Shown: positions 21,078 through 28,101 of the stretch, piece by piece
Numbering within the stretch: position 1 is the first letter of the stretch
Layout: each line of letters opens with the position of its first letter
Assembly: GCA_041746795.1 (NCBI GenBank)
Contig: JBGTGK010000097.1
Span: 1-46,294 of the forward strand
DNA: 46,294 nt
Direction of reading: 5' to 3'
Source: Phormidesmis sp.
GTDB lineage: Bacteria > Cyanobacteriota > Cyanobacteriia > Phormidesmidales > Phormidesmidaceae
Made by a program: the position numbers and the translations under genes
The notes under the pieces: model-generated
What the model saw: only the letters and a program-made list of their open reading frames with translations
The model's database searches: none
What the model was told of the DNA's origin: nothing

Positions 21078-21400
21078 AGGCTTGATCTATGTATTTTAGG
21101 TGTTTATACATTGTGCCATAGGAGGCTTGCGCGACGGCAGCTAATTGCCGCCGATCGCTTTGCCACCGATCGCTCTACTGACGTAATGAGACTTTCCACA
21201 GCGATTACACGATCCGAAAAATAACTGAGATCACCGCACAGCGCCATAGGGCACTATTCAGATAATCAGTCTTTTGAATCTTACAAATGAATCGCTTAAT
21301 CTCAGTGCTTGGGACAATTGCTTTTATCGTTGTCGGTCTTTATATCTGTAGAGCTGCGCTGTATGTGACGTAGGATGTATTTAACGAACTTTATTATTTT

Positions 21401-21490
21401 ATGCGCCACGGACTGCTGCCTAAGCTAGTTTGGTTTGCGGTGATAGCCGGGGTGTTGTATATCCTCTTTGGGCGAGGCGATCGCCTTTAG
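21401..21490 (+). CDS. Putative 29-aa single-pass membrane peptide (below ORF-track cutoff)
   Basis: MRHGLLPKLVWFAVIAGVLYILFGRGDRL*: an uncharged hydrophobic stretch flanked by basic residues. No clear RBS. Confidence 0.4.
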   Translation: MRHGLLPKLVWFAVIAGVLYILFGRGDRL

Positions 21491-21551
21491 AGCACAATTT
21501 ATAAAGAACAATACACGCACTATCGCCTTCAGCAACATTGCCTTCCATGAC

Positions 21552-21580
21552 AAAAGCCGCCCTTAGTAAAGAACGGCTTC
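21552..21580 (-). terminator. Intrinsic terminator downstream of tRNA-Pro
   Basis: Minus strand GAAGCCGTTCTT-TACT-AAGGGCGGCTTTT. Confidence 0.6.
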
Positions 21581-21608
21581 GAGTCTTATATGCTAATTAA
21601 TCTAGCCA

Positions 21609-21682
21609 TCGGAGCGACAGGATTTGAACCTGCGACCCCTACTACCCCAAAGTAGTGCGCTACCAAGCTGCGCTACGCCCCG
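21609..21682 (-). tRNA. trnP: tRNA-Pro (TGG)
   Basis: Reverse complement CGGGGCGTAGCGCAGCTTGGTAGCGCACTACTTTGGGGTAGTAGGGGTCGCAGGTTCAAATCCTGTCGCTCCGA. Confidence 0.96.
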
Positions 21683-21827
21683 AAGCGTTAATTTGCCTAT
21701 AAAGAATAGCATAACCCTGCACTGCGTTAGGGCGATTTTTCATAGGGAAAGGGCTTGTGACTGCGCTAAAAAAAAGATCAGGCAAAATAGATATTGATCT
21801 CCACTAGACCAAGCAGTCCATAGACCA

Positions 21828-21844
21828 GACAGTCCTAAGGACTA
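21828..21844. promoter_or_regulatory. GTCCT-N-AGGAC motif copy
   Basis: GACAGTCCTAAGGACTA. Its first 15 bp are identical to the centre of the sixA array. Confidence 0.65.
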
Positions 21845-21965
21845 TTTTCCCAAACAGTGAATTAATGAACTTGAGCATAATCAAAAATGAGCGTTGGCAA
21901 TCAAGAATTGCAGCAGGTCAGGCGCTTAGAACCTAGCTTTATCTACCTTACACGAGAATTTTCGC

Positions 21966-22027
21966 ACTATCCTGTGGACTGTCCTGAGGATTATTTTGCA
22001 GACATGTTGGCGGACTGTCCTGAGGAC
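21966..22027. repeat. Five in-phase 12-bp units (consensus ACTGTCCTGAGG)
   Basis: ACTATCCTGTGG|ACTGTCCTGAGG|ATTATTTTGCAG|ACATGTTGGCGG|ACTGTCCTGAGG|AC. Units 3 and 4 are strongly degenerate but keep the phase. Confidence 0.75.
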
Positions 22028-22028
22028 A

Positions 22029-22037
22029 TGATATACT
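22029..22037 (+). promoter_or_regulatory. Extended -10 element TGnTATACT
   Basis: TGATATACT immediately after the 12-bp array. Predicts a transcription start near 22044. Confidence 0.55.
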
Positions 22038-22043
22038 TTGAGC

Positions 22044-22401
22044 AGCTAAAAGACTTGAGGGTTTAGGGGGAACGGCTTCCACTGGTAGGTAAAGCCCCTG
22101 CTGGCGTACAAAGGCCAGAATGACTAAAAGTCCGCCACTTTAGCAGCTTGGTAAGGACACTTTAACAGGTGTGTAAATGTCAAGAAAATGCAAAAAGTGG
22201 TGCCAGTGCTAACCTCAGTATCACTATCAACGTCATCACCGACACCACCGCCAGTATCACCAATACCTAATAACTGCGGCTATAAGCTGCAATTAATCGA
22301 TGAGTGTATCAGCTGACGGCAATCAGCCGGTACTCACCGGTGCTCAATGGCTACATACTAAATAGATTTTTAGAGCTGACAGAAATGTCGGCTCTTTTTT
22401 T
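22044..22401 (+). ncRNA. Candidate structured non-coding RNA (folded core ~22054-22184)
   Basis: Promoter upstream and terminator downstream. Closing helix CTTGA..TTTA/TAAA..TCAAG with internal hairpins GGCTT/AAGCC, CTGGC/GCCAG, GACT/AGTC, ACAC/GTGT. No ORF of 60 aa or more. Confidence 0.55.
22372..22401 (+). terminator. Intrinsic terminator with GAAA tetraloop
   Basis: AGAGCTGACA-GAAA-TGTCGGCTCT ending in a T run. Oriented for a + strand transcript although no + strand gene is called upstream. Confidence 0.85.
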
Positions 22402-22427
22402 AGCTGTTTTTTATATTAGCGCCTCTG

Positions 22428-22997
22428 TTACCTTTTAGAGACCAACCAAGCTACCTCACCGCCCGAGCGAAAGCCTGCTCGGTTGAATACAAAGCCCGCC
22501 TCGTAAAAAGTTTGGCCATATCGACTAATTTCAGCAGGGTCTAGCTTTAGCAGATCTGCTAGTTCAGAGGTTCTGAGCTTCCAGCCATTGCTAGCTGCGC
22601 GCTCTAGTGACTCGTAGTAAGCCAGCGGATCGGCAGCTACAGCGGGCCGCATTTGGGCAGTGAGTTCGGCAGCGATCGCACTCACCAGCTTCACCATATC
22701 CGACTGGTTAAGCGCTAGCCCGCCAGCACCTGACGCCTGGTTGAAGTCACTGGCAGACTGAGTGTTCACATCTAAACCCTTACGGGTAATGAACTCGGCG
22801 ACATTGCCCCCAATTTGGATGAAGTCATGCAGTTCATCGAGCAAAGCAGCTTGCTCACCGCTGATGTAGGCGCGGTTGCCAATTTTTTCTCGTTCAATTC
22901 CCAAGTCAGACATGCGCTTGTATACAGCGCTTCTGGCAAGGTCGTAGCGATCGCTCAGCTGGTTAACCGGTATGCGATCAACATTTTCGCCACTCAT
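22428..22997 (-). CDS. Uncharacterised DNA-binding protein, N-terminal winged HTH plus possible second C-terminal HTH
   Basis: PVNQLSDRYDLARSAVYKRMSDLGI-EKIGNRAYIS fits a MerR/Xis-like wHTH pattern. C-terminal RTSELADLLKLDPAEI...FVFNRAG...AWLV. Paralog is adjacent. Confidence 0.75.
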   Translation of the reverse strand: MSGENVDRIPVNQLSDRYDLARSAVYKRMSDLGIEREKIGNRAYISGEQAALLDELHDFIQIGGNVAEFITRKGLDVNTQSASDFNQASGAGGLALNQSDMVKLVSAIAAELTAQMRPAVAADPLAYYESLERAASNGWKLRTSELADLLKLDPAEISRYGQTFYEAGFVFNRAGFRSGGEVAWLVSKR

Positions 22998-22999
22998 TG

Positions 23000-23023
23000 C
23001 CTATCCTCTGGACAATCCTCAGG
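23000..23023. promoter_or_regulatory. Two 12-bp motif units overlapping the RBS of the 189-aa HTH gene
   Basis: CCTATCCTCTGG|ACAATCCTCAGG. Minus strand reads CCTGAGGATTGTCCAGAGGATAGGCA-ATG. Confidence 0.65.
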
Positions 23024-23109
23024 AGATTAATTAGGTATACCACACATCCCTTCACCTCCGTATGACCTCATAACAAGCTGGCTGTTCTTTACTCCTATTT
23101 GTCGTTGTC

Positions 23110-23355
23110 CTAGCTGTCATCGTTGGTATCTAGGCCATTGTAAAAAATAAATTCGGCGGTCGTTCCGCCACCCTGAATAAACTCGTGCAGGGCGTCTAGC
23201 AAGGTCAGCTGTTCGCGACTGACGTAGGCACGTATTCCAATTTTTTCTGTCTTGATACCCAGATCTTTGCGGCGCTTGTAGACGACACTTCTGGTGAGCT
23301 TGTAGCGATCGCTCAGCTGACTGACAGGCGTTCGACCAAACGGTTCTAAATTCAT
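23110..23355 (-). CDS. Short paralog (81 aa) consisting of only the winged-HTH domain
   Basis: From ATG 23355 it aligns without gaps to the first 81 aa of the 189-aa protein (51/81 identical by hand count). Confidence 0.75.
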   Translation of the reverse strand: MNLEPFGRTPVSQLSDRYKLTRSVVYKRRKDLGIKTEKIGIRAYVSREQLTLLDALHEFIQGGGTTAEFIFYNGLDTNDDS

Positions 23356-23440
23356 TATATCCTCAGGACTATCCTTAAGAAGCAAGTATACAGTACATAG
23401 ATACTATACACACTTTTCCTCCAGACTGTCCTGAGGACTA
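23356..23440. promoter_or_regulatory. Two clusters of the 12-bp motif upstream of the short HTH gene
   Basis: TATATCCTCAGG|ACTATCCTTAAG (23356-23379) abuts the ATG. CTTTTCCTCCAG|ACTGTCCTGAGG|ACTA at 23413-23440. A minus-strand TATACT lies between them (23385-23390). Confidence 0.7.
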
Positions 23441-23454
23441 TATATTACTTCTAT

Positions 23455-24660
23455 TTAATAGCCATAGCTCCAGCGGGCGTAGTAGCCGCGAGTGTCTATG
23501 TGCGTGAAGATGGAGGAGCTTGCCAGCCCACCGCGTGAGCCCCACCAGCGATTGAGATTGTCATATACGGCATAGGAATTTACACCTACTACCACAAAGT
23601 CAACGGCATCGCCGGACATATGACGAGAGTAAAGGGCACCCCCTGCCGCGCGGTTGCTAGCCGGGTCGCGATACCATGAATTGACGGTGATAACGCGATT
23701 GTCCATCCTGGCGCGAACTTCTTCTAGTGCCCCAGCAACTCGAATCATGCCATAAACGATGTTGCGACTCTCTGGAATCCGACCACCGTTTCTGGTAGCT
23801 TCTGCCCAGGTAAAATGTCCGTTTGGAATGATCGGCTCTGAGAGATAGAAAGTGCTGCTAAAGCCGGGCAGACGGAACGGGCCGGTAGGTTTATCAACAG
23901 GCGCAGGCGTCGGATCGGGTACTGGCGTAATGGGCGGGGTGGGATTAGGCGTGTTATTGGGTGGGTTGCCTTCAATAGTGATGTCTGGGGCGTAGGCATA
24001 CCAGGTTTTGAGATCGCGATCGCCTAGCCCCGTCGCCACCAGCGTAACGCGCACATGGTTACCAACGGCATTTTCGCTGTCTACTATTTCAAACTCTGTA
24101 CCATTTTTTACAAACACCTTTTCATTGGGAGCAAGCTGAGAGGACAGCACTGGCCTGAGCTTAAACAGCGTATCGCTAATGACCTTGAGTTTGACGGTAG
24201 AGCCACTGACCCTGACATCAGGCTGATAGACGTACCAGGTATTAAGATTGCTGGGGCCTAAAAACTTATTAGCGAGGGCGACTTTGAAATGATTGGCCGC
24301 TGCTGGTAGATAGGACTGCAAATCGAACTGGGTGCCGTTTTTGACAAACGCTTTTTCTGCATCAGATAGCTGAGAGGACAGCACAGGACGCTGCTTGAAC
24401 AGCGTGTCGCTAACGACCACTAGCTTGACGGGCGATGACTCAATCTCAATATCAGGATTGTAGGCGTACCATATCTTTTGGTTGTTACCCAGGGTCTGAT
24501 TGGCTAGTACGAGCCGGGTGTGGTCGTTTTCGGCATCTGAGTAAGAAACCAGCTCAAACTCAGTTCCATTTTTGACAAAAACCTTCTCCGAATTGGATAG
24601 CTGACTCGACAGCTTAGGGCTGAGTTTAAAGAGCGTATCGCTCACTACTTTGACTTTCAC
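23455..24660 (-). CDS. Peptidase M15A (D-Ala-D-Ala carboxypeptidase-like Zn peptidase) with three N-terminal ~76-aa repeats
   Basis: Three SDTLFK..P.LSSQL...EK.FVKNGT.F...WY.Y.PD units, a Pro/Thr linker, then SWYR..N...GGA..SRHM.GDAVD...FTHIDTRG. Confidence 0.85.
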   Translation of the reverse strand: MKVKVVSDTLFKLSPKLSSQLSNSEKVFVKNGTEFELVSYSDAENDHTRLVLANQTLGNNQKIWYAYNPDIEIESSPVKLVVVSDTLFKQRPVLSSQLSDAEKAFVKNGTQFDLQSYLPAAANHFKVALANKFLGPSNLNTWYVYQPDVRVSGSTVKLKVISDTLFKLRPVLSSQLAPNEKVFVKNGTEFEIVDSENAVGNHVRVTLVATGLGDRDLKTWYAYAPDITIEGNPPNNTPNPTPPITPVPDPTPAPVDKPTGPFRLPGFSSTFYLSEPIIPNGHFTWAEATRNGGRIPESRNIVYGMIRVAGALEEVRARMDNRVITVNSWYRDPASNRAAGGALYSRHMSGDAVDFVVVGVNSYAVYDNLNRWWGSRGGLASSSIFTHIDTRGYYARWSYGY

Positions 24661-24859
24661 TGTAGACTCAGCTCCCTAATCGTAAATATGAACAGCGCTG
24701 TTAAGCTCGATTATCGCCTAAAGGACACTCTAACCGTCGCTAGAGGACATCTTAGTCTTTTCAAAGGACACTCTAAACCTTTGCTACCTCAGATAAAATA
24801 GCAAAAATTGTTTTATTTACAAACCCTGCCAGTCAAAAGCCGGTCAAAAGGCCAACGTT

Positions 24860-25225
24860 TTAAGTTTTTTCAAGCTTTGCTAGCGCCTCCAGCACAGCGG
24901 GAACTAGGCCGGATGGCCATTCACCTTCGGCCCTACGTCCGCTGAGCAAGATAAAGCGTAGGCTGTAGCTAGCAGGGTAGCCTTCAGCCTCCAGCCAGAT
25001 TGTCTCGGTTTCCTGCTCGCAGGTCAGGCTTTCCTCTTCCATCAGCTGCTCAGCCATATCTGCCATGGTGCTGTGCAGCTGCCGGGCCACCCGACAAAGG
25101 TCTAAAAACTCAGCCACCGTTAGCTCAACTGCCCAACCACTGCCCGCTACTAAGCCACAGAATTCCTCAGCAGCCGGATTCCAACCCACTCGCCAGCCTT
25201 CTCCACACTCAACCTTTTTAATCAC
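24860..25225 (-). CDS. DUF1818 family protein
   Basis: GEGWRVGWNP...FCGLVAG..WAVELT..EF...GRRAEGEW. Confidence 0.8.
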   Translation of the reverse strand: MIKKVECGEGWRVGWNPAAEEFCGLVAGSGWAVELTVAEFLDLCRVARQLHSTMADMAEQLMEEESLTCEQETETIWLEAEGYPASYSLRFILLSGRRAEGEWPSGLVPAVLEALAKLEKT

Positions 25226-25330
25226 GGCTTGGTTCCGAATTCATCAGCGATCGCAAAAAAGGTTGCAGACACAAACGCCAGCAACCCTCATAAAGTCAGC
25301 AACAGCAGCGACTTTTATTGAAATTCAAGC

Positions 25331-25555
25331 CTATTCACCAATAATTTCAGGCTGGGTTAGCTCATCAGACATTTCAACGATGGCTCGCAGTACAGGCTTC
25401 ATTTTCGACTCATCCAGGCTATCGAATTCTTCAAAACGGCGGCGCTGGGCGCGGTTAGCTACTTGCACAGTGATGCGATAGCGGTTCGAAGCCGCGCTAA
25501 TAAGATCTTCGGTGCGGCGCATGACTTGCTGGCTATCAAAAGGAAGTCGCTTCAT
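25331..25555 (-). CDS. rpoZ: RNA polymerase omega subunit (Ycf61)
   Basis: [14 protein letters not shown] and [20 protein letters not shown]. Confidence 0.93.
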   Translation of the reverse strand: MKRLPFDSQQVMRRTEDLISAASNRYRITVQVANRAQRRRFEEFDSLDESKMKPVLRAIVEMSDELTQPEIIGE

Positions 25556-25617
25556 AGTGTTCGTAGTGAATTACGCAATTGTTCAGCATAGCAAATTGAG
25601 GTCATGAATGGCGCGAT

Positions 25618-26592
25618 TCAGCTGTCTGAGCTATCTGAATCTACTATCTGAATGCCTTGGGAAGCAAAAGGCGCGGCCTGTAGCTGAAGGTCACGGTCAT
25701 TCACCTGACTGCGAACAGCGTGCAAAATTTGGCTCGCCTGCTCAGCCGTTTCACATAGCGTAAACACCGTCGGGCCAGAACCTGACATCATCGTGCCGAT
25801 ACCGCCCGCGTGAGCTGAGGCTGCGGTCATGATTTCTTTGAGCTGAGCGACTTTGGGGTGAGCTGGGAGAACGACCTTTTCGAGGTCATTGTGCAAGTGG
25901 CTGCCGATCGTAGCCGATGAATGGGTAGCCATTGCCCTGACCATTTCGCCGGAGTGAATTCGCGCCTGCCGTTCTTCTAAGCTGGCCGTGTTTTTGAGAG
26001 ATAAGTAGGTGCGCTCAAACTGCTGACGGTAGGTTTTATAGGCCCAGGGGGTAGAGACTGAAAGGCTGGTGTATTTGGCCAGTACAGCGCACAGCGGCGG
26101 TACTTTTGGCAGTGAGTCAATATTTTCACCGCGACCAGTGGCGATCGCACATCCCCCCGCCAAACAAAACGGCACGTCCGACCCCAGCTCGGCTCCTAGC
26201 TCCTGAAGCTCAATTCGAGTTAGCCCTATCTGCCACAGCACGTTTAGCCCAAACAGCACTGCCGCTGCATTGGCCGATCCGCCCGCCAGCCCAGCGCCCA
26301 CGGGGATTTTTTTATCAATCGTAATTTCTACGCCGCCCGCCTGGTTTGTCCGGTTGGGAAATCGCTTTTGCAGCAGCCCCGCCGCCCGATACGCCAGGTT
26401 GGTAGGGTCACTGGGCACCTGCGGATGGTCGCAAATCAGCCGAATGGCCGGTACTTTTAGCGGCTTTAACGTGATCCGATCGGCTAGCGCAACGCTTTGC
26501 ATGACCATCACCAGCTCATGGAAACCGTCGGGTCGGTTGCCGATAATTTCGAGATACAGATTAATTTTGGCGTTAGCCAGCAGCGTCATCAT
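25618..26592 (-). CDS. ispE: 4-diphosphocytidyl-2C-methyl-D-erythritol kinase
   Basis: AKINLYL, KKIPVGAGLAGGSANAAA, LGSDVPF, MSGSGPTVF. Confidence 0.96.
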   Translation of the reverse strand: MMTLLANAKINLYLEIIGNRPDGFHELVMVMQSVALADRITLKPLKVPAIRLICDHPQVPSDPTNLAYRAAGLLQKRFPNRTNQAGGVEITIDKKIPVGAGLAGGSANAAAVLFGLNVLWQIGLTRIELQELGAELGSDVPFCLAGGCAIATGRGENIDSLPKVPPLCAVLAKYTSLSVSTPWAYKTYRQQFERTYLSLKNTASLEERQARIHSGEMVRAMATHSSATIGSHLHNDLEKVVLPAHPKVAQLKEIMTAASAHAGGIGTMMSGSGPTVFTLCETAEQASQILHAVRSQVNDRDLQLQAAPFASQGIQIVDSDSSDS

Positions 26593-27482
26593 GAGGGCAC
26601 GTCTACCTCTGTTGTATCAACCGCATCTGTATCGACCGCATCGTCCACTGCATCACTGAGCGCAACCCAATCCGCCACGCCCAGCCCCTCCGCTCGAATC
26701 TGAGGATTAATCAAGAGCCCTTCTAAAACCTTCGTCAGCAGGGCACGATCCAAAATACCTTGCAGATTGTTGCGCAGCATCTTCCGCTTTTGCGCGAACC
26801 CTACCTTCACAAGTTGAGCCAGCCGAGCCGGATTTTTTGCAGGCGTTGGGAATGGCCTTGGCCGCAGCCGAATCACCGCCGACTCTACCTTCGGCGGCGG
26901 CTTAAACGCAGTTGGCGGCACCAGACAAATCTCTTCACAGGTCGCCAGGTATTGAGCGCGAATAGTGAGGGCTCCATTGGCACGAGTACCCGGTTCGGCG
27001 CAGAGGCGATCGCTAATTTCCTTTTGTACCAGCAGCACAATATCGCTAAAGGGATGCAGGCTAGGGCTCACAATCGTGCCTAACAGCTTTTCCAAAATCG
27101 GCGCAGTAATGTAGTAAGGAATATTCGCTATCACTTTATTAGGCCGCGTCAGCTCGAAGTCAATCAGCGCCTGATCGAAATTTAGCTTCAAAAAATCTGA
27201 CTCAATCAGTCGAAACTGACCAGAGGCCATCGCCGCAATGAACTGTTCGCTGAGCTGCAAACACAGGTCACGATCAATTTCGACAGCCAGTACTTTAGCG
27301 GGCGTATCTAGCAAACGCTGCGTTAAAATCCCTTGCCCTGGGCCAATTTCCAGCACATGATCGCCGCTCGTCAGTTCGCCAGCCGTCACAATCTGGTTGA
27401 GGATTTGATCATCGCGAAGCCAGTGCTGCCCAAATCTTTTGCGGGCTCTAAAATTGGTTTTGGAAGTGCCGAGAGAAGCCAA
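26589..27482 (-). CDS. rsmA: 16S rRNA dimethyladenosine transferase
   Basis: KRFGQHWL, VLEIGPGQG, ANIPYYIT, FKPPPKVES. Confidence 0.96.
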   Translation of the reverse strand: MASLGTSKTNFRARKRFGQHWLRDDQILNQIVTAGELTSGDHVLEIGPGQGILTQRLLDTPAKVLAVEIDRDLCLQLSEQFIAAMASGQFRLIESDFLKLNFDQALIDFELTRPNKVIANIPYYITAPILEKLLGTIVSPSLHPFSDIVLLVQKEISDRLCAEPGTRANGALTIRAQYLATCEEICLVPPTAFKPPPKVESAVIRLRPRPFPTPAKNPARLAQLVKVGFAQKRKMLRNNLQGILDRALLTKVLEGLLINPQIRAEGLGVADWVALSDAVDDAVDTDAVDTTEVDVPS

Positions 27483-27566
27483 TGACGAAGTTATCCTTAG
27501 ATATTTCCTTAATCTTTAAGGAGGGCGCAACTTATTTTAGAAGGGAAGCAGTCCCACGTAAACTTA

Positions 27567-27983
27567 ATGAATGACGCCGCCCGCGTCACCCTCTCCCAAA
27601 CCATTATGGAGAAACGACCTTTGGAAAAGCCTCACCTTCCTAACCTCAGCACCCCAGATCAGAGCAAACTCTCTGCTACGCCCCTCCGCTGCTTTACTGG
27701 CGCACTTACGGCAGGTGCCTTCTCACTGTTGGCCTACCGGCTGACGCTATCGGTTGCAACTAGCTTTGCTAATAAGCCCGTCACCTCTTCAAATCCGGCA
27801 GTTGTCAATATTTCAGCGGCAGTCCGCACGCTGGTGGTCGGCATGGTGGCTTTGGGCGCGAGCGTGTTTGGCATTGCAGCTTTGGGCCTTGCAGCCCTGG
27901 GTATTCAACTGCTGTTCAAAAAGTTTCAGAAAACAGAGTCTTCGGCAGTCGGTTTAGAAAAAGACACCGAAACCAGTGAATGA
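27567..27983 (+). CDS. DUF3082 family membrane protein
   Basis: PLRCFTGA...NISAAVRTLVVG..AL...VFG; two hydrophobic helices. Confidence 0.75.
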   Translation: MNDAARVTLSQTIMEKRPLEKPHLPNLSTPDQSKLSATPLRCFTGALTAGAFSLLAYRLTLSVATSFANKPVTSSNPAVVNISAAVRTLVVGMVALGASVFGIAALGLAALGIQLLFKKFQKTESSAVGLEKDTETSE

Positions 27984-28101
27984 AGACAGCCTAAAAGCCT
28001 GATAAACGTTCTAAAACGTTCCAATATGCCTGCTCAATTCACCCGTGCTGACGTTCGTAAAGTAAGGTAGTCTGGCGATAATCATTGACCTATTCAAGCA
28101 T

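Noticed and set aside
22178-22316. Short + strand ORFs MSRKCKKWCQC and MQKVVPVLTSVS... (42 aa)
   Set aside because: Very short or low-complexity with no recognisable motif. An ncRNA explains the region better, though translation is not excluded.
21609-23440. Integrated element or genomic island at tRNA-Pro
   Set aside because: The locus is on the 5' side of the tRNA. I found no integrase, no duplicated tRNA 3' end and no Rep gene, and the genes carry host HIP1 sites.
21828-23440. CRISPR array
   Set aside because: Units are 12 bp and tandem, without unique 30-40 bp spacers, and there are no cas genes.
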